Assembly: GCA_963771175.1 (NCBI GenBank)
Contig: CAVYSY010000032.1
Location: forward strand, 480,001 to 544,000
DNA length: 64,000 bases
Direction of reading: 5' to 3'
From: an uncultured delta proteobacterium
GTDB taxonomy: Bacteria > Myxococcota > Myxococcia > Myxococcales > Myxococcaceae
The stretch's first letter is position 1, and each line of letters begins with the position of its first letter. A program made the translations under genes and the position numbers. The notes under the pieces were generated by a model that was not told the origin of the DNA, did no database searches, and worked only from the letters and a program-made list of their open reading frames with translations. This document shows positions 31,990 to 41,917 of this stretch, piece after piece.

Positions 31990-32163
31990 GTCCCCCTCCA
32001 CACTGCTGAGTCGAAACGACTGAAACGAAGCGCTATCCGGGAGCCAGCCAACTCCAGCCCGCCGGCTCGGGGACGCGGAGCATCACCACAGCGGATGCGC
32101 CAGGGCAAGCCACGCGGCGAATGCGCTGGCCACCCACGCCCCGGGTTGGTAGCAGCTTCCCCC

Positions 32164-33716
32164 ATGCGCCTCACCCTCCACCGTGGCGTCAGCCTGGCCG
32201 TCCTCGCCTCGGCCCGCACCGAGGCCGAGCACCACGAGGACCTGGGTTGCAGCATCCAGGGCCCCACCGCCCGGCCCGTGCGTCAGGCCCATGTCCTCCT
32301 CAAGCAGCGGCTCGCGGAGCTGGGGCCGGAGCGCTCCCTGCGCGAGGCGAAGTCCCTCGTGCGCTGGCTGGAGGAGACGCCCCGCTACGCCGCGCTATGC
32401 GAGGGTGACAAGCGGCGCGGCGGCCGGCGCCTGCTGCGGCCCGAGGTGCTGTTCCCCGACGCGACGCGGCACAAGCCCCGCGTCCTCCACCTGCGCCAGG
32501 AGCAGCTGGGGCTCGACTTCCCCGTGAAGGCCCGCGAGTGGCCGGCCCTGGCCGAGCTCTTCGCCTCGCTGGCGCGCGGAGCCACCCGCGCGGAGTTGCG
32601 CGCCCTCTCGGCGGTCCCCGCGGTGGGCGAGCTGCTCGCGGACCTGTCGCAGCGCGGGCTGGCTGGTCCGCCACGAAGGCGCCGGTGGAGGTGCCCGCGC
32701 CCGGCGCCCTCTTCGTCGGCCACAACACCGTGCTGGTGGCCAGCACCCAGGCGCGCGTCCTGGTGGATCCGTACTTCCGCCCGGCCAGCGGGTTCGACCC
32801 GCCGGACTACCAGCCGATGCAGCCGAGGGACCTGGGCCAGGTCGACGCGGTGCTCATCACCCACTCGCACGGGGACCACTTCCACCTGGGCTCGCTGCTG
32901 CAGCTCCCCCGCGACACGCGCATCTTCGTCCCGACGGTGGAGCGCGAGAGCCTCTTCTCCACCGACTGCGTGCTGCGGCTCGAGCAGCTCGGCTTCACGC
33001 GCGTCGAGGCCCTGCGCTGGGGCGAGGAGCGGCCGTGGGCGACGTCACCGTGCGCGCCCTGCCCTTCTACGGCGAGCAGCCCACCGACGGCGAGGGCCTC
33101 TACCCGGGCCTCTTCAACGAGGGCAACACCTGGCTGGTGCGCACGCCCGACTTCTCCGCGGCCTTCTTCGCCGACACCGGGCACGACGTGCGCGGCGACA
33201 TGCGCGCCGTCTGCCGGCGCGCTGCGGAAGGAGGCCCCGGTGGACGTGCTCTTCTGCGGCGTGCGCGGCTTCCGGCTCAAGCCGCTCTTCTTCGGCTTCA
33301 CCACGCTGGACGCCTATCTCGTCGACGTGCCCCTGGACGCGCTCGCGAAGCCGCAGCAGCTCATGGCCGGGCCGGAGGAGGCCCTGCACTACGGCGAGTT
33401 GCTCGGCGCGCGCTACGTGGTGCCCTGCGCCGACGGTGGGGCTCCCTGGTACTGGCGCGAGGGCATGGGCCCGCGCTACCCGGGCTATCCCGGCGAGCCG
33501 GTGAGCGGCGCCAGCACCCTGGACGAGAACCCGGACGCGGACCCCTACCCCGAGCGGCTGAAGCAGGTGCGCCGGCAGGTGGGTCATGGGCCCCAGGCCC
33601 TGCTACTGCGCCCGGGTGAGTCCCTGGCCTGGCGAGGCCGCAAGGCGCCGGAGCGCCTCCAGCACCCCGGCTTCGTCTGGCCCTTCGGCGGCATGCAGGC
33701 ACGGCGCGGCGCGTGA
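32164..33716 (+). CDS. Metallo-beta-lactamase-fold hydrolase with N-terminal extension; indels near 32650, 33030 and 33220
   Basis: FVGHNTVLV, VLVDPYF, ITHSHGDHFH (HxHxDH motif), FFADT. Confidence 0.8.
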
Positions 33717-33726
33717 AACGGACCGC

Positions 33727-34011
33727 TCAGGTTCCTTGCTGCTGGGCTCCGAGCTCGGGCCCGAGCTCCCGGATGGGCTCCTCGGGGATGGTCTTCAGGT
33801 TGAGCAGACCCGCCAGGACGTGCAGCTTCTCGTGCACCGATTCGTTGGTGAACTCGTGGAGGTCCGTCAACGCCTGGGCGTAGTCCGTGAGCGCGGCCAG
33901 CCACTCGTGCAGGCTCTCCGTGCTCGTGGGTTTCGCACGGGCCGCTTCGATTCGCGCGAAGGCCTCGTGCAGCCGGTCAGCAGCCTCATCTACATGCTTG
34001 GGGAGTGCCAT
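33727..34011 (-). CDS. Small helical hypothetical protein
   Basis: MALPKHVDEAADRLHEAF...; purine-rich RBS-like sequence upstream. Confidence 0.55.
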   Translation of the reverse strand: MALPKHVDEAADRLHEAFARIEAARAKPTSTESLHEWLAALTDYAQALTDLHEFTNESVHEKLHVLAGLLNLKTIPEEPIRELGPELGAQQQGT

Positions 34012-34208
34012 GGTCCCTACCCTCTCTGCTTCACCATGGGACCGCCCCGCCCCGACGTGCCAGGGCGCGCCGCAAGCCGGGTCGATGAGCGAGCACACGA
34101 GCCCGAGGAACCTGGGCCCGCCATGCACACGCGCTGGAGCGGACGGATCCTGAATCTCTGTAGCGCGGACCGGGAGGACGGTCGCGACAGAGGGGAAAGG
34201 GGGTCGAC

Positions 34209-34430
34209 ATGCGAGGACGTGAGCGCATCTGCAAGAAGCACATCAAACAGGCAGGCTGGAGCGTCGCGAACGAGGGTGAACAGGGGCAGAGCTACCACCT
34301 CGAGCTCCACGGGCCCCGAGGGGAGCAGATGAAGGTGGATGCCCCCACCAAGGCCCGCGCCTACCGCCATGCGGAGCGGCAGGTGAACGGCTCGGAGCCC
34401 GGAATGGCGCTCTGGGTCGGACAGGCCTGA
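34209..34430 (+). CDS. Small hypothetical protein (73 aa)
   Basis: ATG with AAAGGGGG upstream; protein-like composition. Confidence 0.55.
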   Translation: MRGRERICKKHIKQAGWSVANEGEQGQSYHLELHGPRGEQMKVDAPTKARAYRHAERQVNGSEPGMALWVGQA

Positions 34431-34521
34431 CCCACCTGGGGGGCAGCCGACCGGGCTGGTCCATCCCGCCCTCGACTGCCCTCGGGCCTACTCTACACGT
34501 CAGGACATTGAGGGGCGCGTC

Positions 34522-35385
34522 ATGAACGTTCAAGAGACCGACAAGCCGCAGGAGGGCCAGGAGATCAAGCAGGCATCTCCTGACGAGCAGTCGAGCAAAC
34601 CGAGCAAGGCACCGCCTCCGATGCAAGCGGATCAACGTCCCCCCATCGAGCGGGGCGCGCACCTGCTGGCGCTGAGCACACTCAAGAACGCGGAGATTCC
34701 CTTCGTGGTGGCGGGCGCCTACGCGCTCCACCTCTACACGGGCATCTATCGCGACACCAAGGACCTGGACATCTTCCTCAAGCGCGAGCACGTGGAGCGC
34801 GCGATGGAGTCCCTGGGGAGCATGGGCTTCCAGACGAACATGCACGACCCGGTGTGGATCGCGAAGGCCTACGCCAACGACGAGTACTTCGCCGACCTCA
34901 TCTTCAGCTCGGGTAACGGCGTGGCGGTGGTGGACGACTTCTGGATTGAACGGGCCAATCCGGGCGTCGTCCATGGGCTGCCCATCCTGGTGGCGCCGCC
35001 CGAGGACATCATCTGGTCCAAGGCCTTCGTCTGCGAGCGCGAGCGCTTCGACGGTACGGACATCAACCACCTCATCCTCGCCCGTGGCAAGCAGATGGAC
35101 TGGAAGCACCTGATGATGCGGTTCGACCCGCACTGGGAGGTGCTGCTGGCCCACCTGATCTTCTACCGCTTCAGCTACCCGGGCCAGCGCGACCACGTGC
35201 CCCGCTGGGTCTGGGACGAGCTGCTGGATCGGGCTCGCGACCAGCACAACGAGCCCGAGAAGAAGAAGCTCTGCCGGGGAATGTTGATCGCCAAGGGGCA
35301 GTACAGTGTGGACGTCGAGCACTGGGGCTACGCCGACGCCCGCCTGGAGGAAGTGCCGACCTTCCGCGACTACAAAAAGGACTGA
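34522..35385 (+). CDS. Nucleotidyltransferase-family protein
   Basis: FVVAGAYAL..YTGIYRDTKDLDIF (pol-beta NTase DxD), PPEDIIWSK. Confidence 0.85.
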   Translation: MNVQETDKPQEGQEIKQASPDEQSSKPSKAPPPMQADQRPPIERGAHLLALSTLKNAEIPFVVAGAYALHLYTGIYRDTKDLDIFLKREHVERAMESLGSMGFQTNMHDPVWIAKAYANDEYFADLIFSSGNGVAVVDDFWIERANPGVVHGLPILVAPPEDIIWSKAFVCERERFDGTDINHLILARGKQMDWKHLMMRFDPHWEVLLAHLIFYRFSYPGQRDHVPRWVWDELLDRARDQHNEPEKKKLCRGMLIAKGQYSVDVEHWGYADARLEEVPTFRDYKKD

Positions 35386-35468
35386 GGCGCGCGACACGGC
35401 CCTTGCTCGCCTGGCAGTCCACCACTAGCAAGGGGGACCCTCGTTCCCCTGAACCGAGGCCCTCCTCG

Positions 35469-35867
35469 ATGTCCCTCTCCACGCTCTGCCTGCGCTGCGG
35501 CCTGTGTTGCGACGGCACCCTCTTCACCCACGTGCCGCTGCTGCGCACCGAGGTCGCACCGTTGCAGGCGCTCGGGCTGCCGGTGAAGGAGCGCGAGGAC
35601 GGCACGCCGGTGCTCCCCCAGCGCTGCGCGGCACTGGACGGGAGCCGGTGCACCGCCTACGCGGAGCGTCCCGAGGGCTGCCGCCGCTACCACTGCAACC
35701 TCTTCTCCGCGCTCGCCGAGGGTGAGGTGTCCCTCGACGAGGCCCTCGCCGTGGTGGACCGGGCGCATGCCCTGCGCGCCTCGACGGGCCCGGAGCGCGG
35801 GCCCGAGCTGGAGGACTACCTCGACCGACACTTCCGGGGTCGCAACCGGCGCTCCACGGCGCAATAG
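35469..35867 (+). CDS. YkgJ-family (CxxCxxCC) cysteine-cluster protein
   Basis: CLRCGLCC, C..L...CTAYAERPEGCRRYHC. Confidence 0.88.
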   Translation: MSLSTLCLRCGLCCDGTLFTHVPLLRTEVAPLQALGLPVKEREDGTPVLPQRCAALDGSRCTAYAERPEGCRRYHCNLFSALAEGEVSLDEALAVVDRAHALRASTGPERGPELEDYLDRHFRGRNRRSTAQ

Positions 35868-35948
35868 CCCGCGGTGATTCGTAGCGTGGGCGACGGAGCG
35901 GGCGGGGATTGATTGGAGCCTCGGGAGGGCGTCGTTAGCCTGACGGGC

Positions 35949-37355
35949 ATGCGCTCCTGGATCTTCGCCGCCGCGTTGCTGTGGGTGTCCTCGTCCGGCT
36001 GTAGCCACTCCTCCACGAAGACGCCCGCCGATGCCGGGCAGGGCTCCGGACAGGATGCCGGACAGGACGCCGGGCCTCGCACGGAGCCCCCCGATGCGGG
36101 CCCGAGCGACAACAACCCGAGCCCGCCCGTGGGAGCCAGCGTGCAGGTGCCCGTGACGGTCCCCGAGGGCCTGCGCGACTCCCCGTTCAACTCACCGCGC
36201 ACCCTCACGGTGCCGCCCGGCTTCTCCATCTCCGTCTTCGCACGCATCCCGGGTGCACGCTTCCTGGCGGTCGCGCCCAATGGAGACGTGCTGGTGTCAC
36301 AGCCGGACACGGGGACGGTGAAGCAGGTGCGGCCGAGGCCCGGACAGGCGCCCGAGGTGCTCGACTGGGCCACCGACCTACGCCGTCCCCATGACATCGT
36401 CTTCCACACCCGAGGGGGCACCACCTGGGTGTACGTGTCCGAGACGCACCGGGTGACGCGCTCGGTCTGGGAGCCGGGCGACACGCAGCGCCGCGACGCC
36501 GAGGTGCTGGTGGACGGACTGCCGGACTCGAGCTCGCCCGAGCTGAATGGCCGCTACGGGCACGAGTTGAAGAACATCGCGGTGGACTCGGCGGGGCGCC
36601 TCTACGTCTCCATCGCCTCCACCTGCAACGTGTGCCAGGAGGACACGCGGAGCACGCCCGAGCGCGCCACCCTCTACCGCTACGGGCCGGACGGCGGCGC
36701 GGGGCAGCTCTTCGCCCGGGGCCTGCGCAACGCAGAGGGCCTCGCCTTCGTGCCCGGCACGGACACCCTCTGGGTGACGGTGAACGCGCGCGACAACATC
36801 CCCTACCCGTTCGACGACGGCACCGGCCAGTACGGCAAGGTGCTGGCCCCGTACGTGGACGATCACCCGCCCGAGGCCCTCACCCACGTGCGCGAGGGCG
36901 GAAACTACGGCTGGCCCTTCTGCAATCCCAACCCGGACACGTCGAGCAAGCTCGAGCAGATGCCCTTGGATCGCGACTACGACCTCAACCGCGCCGGGAG
37001 CGTGGACTGCGACCGGATGGAACGCTTCGACCAGGGCATCCAGGCGCACTCGGCGCCGCTGGGGATGTTCTTCCTCAACGGCACGGCCTTCCCCGCGCCC
37101 TACAACCCGGGGGTGGTGGTGGCCTACCACGGCTCGTGGAACCGCACGCGGCGCACCGGCTACAAGGTGACGTACTTCGCATGGGACACGGCGGCGGGCC
37201 AACCCACCACGGAGATGGAGCTCGTCACCGGCTGGGTGTCACCAGACGGCAGGAGCGTGTGGGGCCGCCCGGTGGACGTGGGCGTCACCGCCGACGGAGG
37301 CCTGCTCATCAGCGATGACCAGGCGGGAGCGCTGTACCTGCTGCGCAAGCAGTGA
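35949..37355 (+). CDS. PQQ-dependent glucose/sorbosone dehydrogenase-family lipoprotein
   Basis: Lipobox-like SSGC; GLRNAEGL, GGNYGWP, AHSAPLG, HGSWNR, GRPVDV. Confidence 0.88.
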   Translation: MRSWIFAAALLWVSSSGCSHSSTKTPADAGQGSGQDAGQDAGPRTEPPDAGPSDNNPSPPVGASVQVPVTVPEGLRDSPFNSPRTLTVPPGFSISVFARIPGARFLAVAPNGDVLVSQPDTGTVKQVRPRPGQAPEVLDWATDLRRPHDIVFHTRGGTTWVYVSETHRVTRSVWEPGDTQRRDAEVLVDGLPDSSSPELNGRYGHELKNIAVDSAGRLYVSIASTCNVCQEDTRSTPERATLYRYGPDGGAGQLFARGLRNAEGLAFVPGTDTLWVTVNARDNIPYPFDDGTGQYGKVLAPYVDDHPPEALTHVREGGNYGWPFCNPNPDTSSKLEQMPLDRDYDLNRAGSVDCDRMERFDQGIQAHSAPLGMFFLNGTAFPAPYNPGVVVAYHGSWNRTRRTGYKVTYFAWDTAAGQPTTEMELVTGWVSPDGRSVWGRPVDVGVTADGGLLISDDQAGALYLLRKQ

Positions 37356-37555
37356 GAGCCCACGTCTTGATCGAGCCGGGCCTCGAACCGCAGCACCGTC
37401 GCGGTGTCGGCGGCAATCACCCATCGAGGCACATTCGCGCTCATGTGCTTCTTTCCCTGGCAACCGGATGACTCGAAAGGTAGCATCCGCTCCCCACATT
37501 CCAGCCACCTTTGAAGTCACGACAACTTCAGAGGTCAAGCCACCTGGAGGAGCAC

Positions 37556-37978
37556 ATGAATCGAGATCAATTCCTGACGTGGTCGGAGACCGTCCTGCTT
37601 CCCTGCGCCGCGCCGGGCGCCATTCCGAGTGGGGGTGGCGCCTACCGGAGCATCCGCACGGCCCCGAGGCAGTACCTCGGCGTCGATGTGCTCCAGGATG
37701 GAACCCTGCGCGTCTACCTCTACTCCAACAGCTCCGCGCTCAAGGAGCGCTGGCTGCGGCTGAAGCTCGCCCTGGAAGCGGGTGGCGCTGGCGCTCCCGT
37801 AACGCTGGACTCGCTCCCGCCGGAGGCGCGCCCCCGCCTCTACGTGCGCGACAACGGCGAGGAGCAGCGCGGCTTCTTCGGCTTCGAGTGGCGCCGCGGC
37901 TCGCGCGACCTCCTCCCCGAGCAGATGCCGCTGACCCAGTATGTGGAGTGGCTGCGCGAGGTGGCGCTCAAGGGGTGA
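37556..37978 (+). CDS. Hypothetical protein
   Basis: ATG with GGAGGAG RBS; 140-aa ORF with GC-rich third positions. Confidence 0.65.
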   Translation: MNRDQFLTWSETVLLPCAAPGAIPSGGGAYRSIRTAPRQYLGVDVLQDGTLRVYLYSNSSALKERWLRLKLALEAGGAGAPVTLDSLPPEARPRLYVRDNGEEQRGFFGFEWRRGSRDLLPEQMPLTQYVEWLREVALKG

Positions 37979-38008
37979 GGGCTCGGCGCCTCCACCCCAG
38001 ATGCCCCC

Positions 38009-39100
38009 TCATCCCTTGGGCATCGCCACCAGGTCGAAGTCCGGGATGTGCTCGCGCATGTACTCGCGCATGCGGTTGATGAGGGCGGCTTCGATCTGCC
38101 TCGCCCGCTCGCGACTCACCCCGTACTTGTCCCCGATGTCCTGCAGCGTCAGCGGCTCGTCGGAGATCAGCCGGTTCTCGAAGATGTAGCGCTCCTTGCC
38201 TTCCAGCGTCTTGGCGAACTCCTGGAGCTTCTCCCGGAAGAGGGACTTGAGCTGCTCGTTCCCCAGCCGCTCCTCCGCGCCCTGCTGCGCCGAGGGCAGG
38301 AACCGCTCCCCCCGCGTCGCCGACGAATCCTCCCCTCCCACCGGCGCGTCCAGCGACACCTCGTCGTGTCCCAGCCGCTGGTCCATCTCCATCACGTCCT
38401 GCTCGGTGACGTTGAGACGCTCGGCCAGCAGCTTCGGCGTCACCTCGAAGCCCTGGGCCAGCAACTTCTCCTGCTCCTGGCGCAACTTGAAGAAGAGCTT
38501 CCGCTGGGCCTCCGTCGTCCCCAGCTTCACCATCTTCCAGTTGTCCATGATGTAGCGAAGGATGTAGGCGCGAATCCACCAGGCCGCGTAGGAGCTGAGC
38601 TTCACCCCGCGCTCCGGGTCGTACTTCTTCACCGCCTGCATCAGCCCGATGTTGCCCTCCTGCACCAGGTCCAGCAGGGACAGGGGGTTGCGGTGGTACT
38701 CGTGCGCCAGCTTCACCACCAGGCGCAGGTTGGCCGCCACCAGGCGGTAGGCCGCCTTCACGTCCCCCGTGTCCCGGAAGTGCCTGGCCAGTGCCACCTC
38801 CTCCTCTCGGGAGAGCAAGGGGTGGCGCGTCACCTCGGCCATGTACGACTGGAGGGGGTCCGCCCGGGTCAGCCCCGACTCCCCCGCCTTCACCAGGGCC
38901 GCCGGAGCGCGCGCGGGGGCCTCCTCCACCTCGGCTTCTACCTCCTCCAGTTCCTCGGGGGCGGGCTCCAGGGCCTCCGGTTCCAGCTCGGCGGATTCCG
39001 CCTCCACCGCCTCCGCTTCCTCGGGGGGTGGGGCAGCGGCGGGCCGCTTCGCCCGGGTCCGGGAGCCTGGGCTCCCCGTTTTCTTCCTCCCATTCGCCAT
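38009..39100 (-). CDS. rpoH: RpoH (sigma32)-family RNA polymerase sigma factor with acidic N-terminus
   Basis: DLVQEGNIGLMQAV, YAAWWIRAYI, RpoH box QRKLFFKLR, region 4 GVSRERARQIE; which myxobacterial paralog (SigB/C/E type) is not determined. Confidence 0.88.
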   Translation of the reverse strand: MANGRKKTGSPGSRTRAKRPAAAPPPEEAEAVEAESAELEPEALEPAPEELEEVEAEVEEAPARAPAALVKAGESGLTRADPLQSYMAEVTRHPLLSREEEVALARHFRDTGDVKAAYRLVAANLRLVVKLAHEYHRNPLSLLDLVQEGNIGLMQAVKKYDPERGVKLSSYAAWWIRAYILRYIMDNWKMVKLGTTEAQRKLFFKLRQEQEKLLAQGFEVTPKLLAERLNVTEQDVMEMDQRLGHDEVSLDAPVGGEDSSATRGERFLPSAQQGAEERLGNEQLKSLFREKLQEFAKTLEGKERYIFENRLISDEPLTLQDIGDKYGVSRERARQIEAALINRMREYMREHIPDFDLVAMPKG

Positions 39101-39169
39101 GGGGAGTTTCCTTATGCAAAGTGAGCCGATTGTTGCCAGAGGGTAATGCAGGGGTTATGCCCCTGTCTG

Positions 39170-41581
39170 ATGAGCGACATTCAAGACCCGGAGCAGCCGG
39201 GAACCACTGCCGAAGCGTCGACCCGCCCCGCCGAGTACGTCGCGGATGTCAGCTTCGAAGACCTGAACCTCTCCGAGCCCCTGCGGCGTGCCATCGCCGA
39301 GCGCGGCTATACCCACCCTACCCCCGTCCAGGCCAAGGCCTTCGGCCCCGTCATGGCGGGCAAGGACCTCATCGTGCGCAGCAAGACCGGCACGGGCAAG
39401 ACGGCCGCCTTCGGCCTGCCCCTGCTGGAGAAGATTGCCGCCGAGGACAAGCGGGTGCGCGCCCTCATCCTCTGCCCCACGCGCGAGCTGGCGATCCAGG
39501 TGGCCGAGGAGCTGTCCTCCCTGGGCAAGCACAAGGGCGTGAAGGTGGCGGCCATCTACGGCGGCGCCTCCATGAAGCAGCAGGAGGACGCCCTGGAGGA
39601 GGGCACGCAAATCATCGTGGGCACGCCCGGCCGGGTGTTCGACCACATCAACCGCGGCAACCTCAAGCTCGAGGGCTGCACCCACGCGGTGCTGGATGAA
39701 GCCGACGAGATGCTCAACCAGGGCTTCTACGAGGAGGTCACCCGCATCCTCGACCGCCTCCCCAAGGACCGGCAGGTGCTGCTCTTCAGCGCCACCGTCC
39801 CCACGGACATCCAGAACCTGATCGCCCGCTACACCACCAACGCCGAGACGCTGCTGCTCTCCGGCGACGTCTTCACCGTCGAGCACATCCACCACATCCG
39901 CTACGACGTGTCGGACGCCTTCCCCAAGCCGCGCAACCTCATCTACGTGCTGGAGGCGGAGGAGCCGCAGAACGCCATCATCTTCTGCAACACCCGGGAT
40001 GACACGGCGCTGGTGACGGCGGTGCTCAACCGCAATGGCTTCGACGCGGACCTGCTCAACGGGGACCTGCCGCAGAAGGAGCGCGAGCGGGTGATGGGCA
40101 AGGTGAAGCGCGGCGAGGTGGCCTTCATGGTGGCCACGGACATCGCGGCGCGCGGCATCGACATCTCCGGCCTCGAGTACGTCATCAACTACTCGCTGCC
40201 CGAGGACCCGGCCGTGTACCTGCACCGGGTGGGCCGCACCGGCCGCATCGGCAACAAGGGCACCGCCATCAACCTCTTCTCCGGCCGCGAGCTGGCCACG
40301 TACACCGTGCTGGAGAAGAAGTACGGCATCAAGTTCGAGAAGCGCGAGATGCCCGCCCCCGAGGAGGCCATGCGCCTGTGGGCCGAGCGCCACGTGCGCG
40401 AAATCCGCGAGGCCGCCTCCGGCTCCATCTTCGAGGGCTTCCTCCCCCTGGCCACCCAGCTCAAGGGCCGGGCGGACGCGGATGACCTCATCGCCTTCCT
40501 GCTCAAGTACTTCTTCAGCCACCTGCGCATGGAGAAGGCCCTGGCCGCCGGGGAGACCGAGCGCACCGAGCCGCAGGAGCGCAAGCCCGAGAGCCGCCGC
40601 AAGGAAGGCGGCAGGGACCGGGAGCGCCCCCGCGAGAGGGAGCGCGAGCGGGAGAGGCCTCGGCGCGAGGAGCGTCGGGAGGTCCGTGGGGAGGCCGGCG
40701 AGCGGCGTGAGCGGGTCGAGCGGCCCCGCCGTGTCGAGCGCGAGCGCGGCCCCGGAGGGATGGAGGCCGGCCCCGGCGAGGTGAAGCTGTGGATCAACCT
40801 GGGCACCGAGGATGGCCTCGGGCCCGGCAGCATCGTCACCGCCCTGGAGGAGGCCGGCGCCCCCGCCAACAAGGTGGTGCGCGCCGACCTCAAGCCGGGC
40901 TTCGCCTACGTCTTCATCGCCCAGGAGGACCTGCCGGGCTTCGAGGCCCTCAACGGCAAGCAGTACAAGGACAAGGCGCTGAAGGTGGAGAAGAGCCGGC
41001 CGCGCGGCGAGCGCGACCCGAACCGGCCGCCGCCCTCGCCCGACGCCGGCCCCGGCGAGGTGAAGCTGAAGTTCAACCTGGGCACGGACGACGGCCTGGA
41101 CGACGCGAAGTTCGTCACCGCCCTGGAGGCCGCTGGCGCCCCCGCGGGCAAGGTGCTGAAGACGGTGCTGCGCCCCGGCTACGGCTACGCCTACGTGGCC
41201 GAGGCGGACGCCCCCGCCTTCGAGGGTCTCACCGGCAAGCAGCACGGCGAGAAGGTGCTCAAGGTGGATCGGCACCGGCCCCGCGGCTTCCGCGAGCGGC
41301 CGCCGCGCGCCGAGCGTCCCGAGCGCACCGAGACGCCCGAGGTGCCCGGCCAGGCGCGCCTGTGGGTGGGCCTCGGCCGCTCCGAGGGACTGGATGAGGC
41401 GGCCCTCACCGGCGCCCTGGAGACGCTGGGTGCCCCGGCGGGCAAGGTGCAGCGCGTGGAGCTCAAGCCCACCTACGCGTATGTCTTCGTCGCCGACGAG
41501 GACGTGGCCGGCTTCGAGGCCCTCAACGGCAAGCAGCACGGCGAGAAGACGCTGAAGATCGAGCGCGCTCGCCGCCGGTAG
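39170..41581 (+). CDS. DEAD-box RNA helicase (DeaD/CsdA-like) with three C-terminal DbpA-type RNA-binding domains
   Basis: TGTGKT, PTRELA, TPGR, DEAD, SAT, ARGID, HRVGRTGR; three repeats of the type LxxNLGxxDG...YxFxA...LNGK. Confidence 0.93.
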   Translation: MSDIQDPEQPGTTAEASTRPAEYVADVSFEDLNLSEPLRRAIAERGYTHPTPVQAKAFGPVMAGKDLIVRSKTGTGKTAAFGLPLLEKIAAEDKRVRALILCPTRELAIQVAEELSSLGKHKGVKVAAIYGGASMKQQEDALEEGTQIIVGTPGRVFDHINRGNLKLEGCTHAVLDEADEMLNQGFYEEVTRILDRLPKDRQVLLFSATVPTDIQNLIARYTTNAETLLLSGDVFTVEHIHHIRYDVSDAFPKPRNLIYVLEAEEPQNAIIFCNTRDDTALVTAVLNRNGFDADLLNGDLPQKERERVMGKVKRGEVAFMVATDIAARGIDISGLEYVINYSLPEDPAVYLHRVGRTGRIGNKGTAINLFSGRELATYTVLEKKYGIKFEKREMPAPEEAMRLWAERHVREIREAASGSIFEGFLPLATQLKGRADADDLIAFLLKYFFSHLRMEKALAAGETERTEPQERKPESRRKEGGRDRERPRERERERERPRREERREVRGEAGERRERVERPRRVERERGPGGMEAGPGEVKLWINLGTEDGLGPGSIVTALEEAGAPANKVVRADLKPGFAYVFIAQEDLPGFEALNGKQYKDKALKVEKSRPRGERDPNRPPPSPDAGPGEVKLKFNLGTDDGLDDAKFVTALEAAGAPAGKVLKTVLRPGYGYAYVAEADAPAFEGLTGKQHGEKVLKVDRHRPRGFRERPPRAERPERTETPEVPGQARLWVGLGRSEGLDEAALTGALETLGAPAGKVQRVELKPTYAYVFVADEDVAGFEALNGKQHGEKTLKIERARRR

Positions 41582-41723
41582 TCGGCTCGCTCGGAGGGCG
41601 GGGTTGCGGCCCACACCGCCCCCGCCCCGAGCACCCCCCGGATGGCCTGGACTCGCCCCGCCGTGTCCGACGACCGCTCGCCGCAGGGAGGCACGGGCCA
41701 TACCTACACGCCACCGGCAGCAC

Positions 41724-41903
41724 TGCCTCACCGGGCACCCAGAGAAGGCCCTGGAGTACTTCCTGCGGGCGGCCGAGACAGCGCTGATCGACCTGGAGTG
41801 GACCGACCGCTGCCCCGCGCTCGCGCCCCTGCGCGCGCTCCCGGGCTTCGCCGAGGGCCGACGTCAGGTGCGAGCCCGGGTGGCCGCCATCTGGAATGGG
41901 TAG
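41724..41903 (+). pseudogene. Orphan C-terminal fragment resembling the TPR tail of myxobacterial Ser/Thr kinases
   Basis: CLTGHPEKALEYFLRAAETALIDLEWTDRCPALAPLRALPGFAEGRRQVRARVAAIW; no convincing start codon. Confidence 0.5.
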
Positions 41904-41917
41904 GCCTCGGGGGCGCG

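Noticed and set aside
39155..41731. Long antisense ORFs (858 aa here; also 56539..60135, 48891..50759, 112..1509, 2301..3953)
   Set aside because: Shadow ORFs typical of high-GC DNA, lying opposite well-supported genes and lacking recognisable motifs
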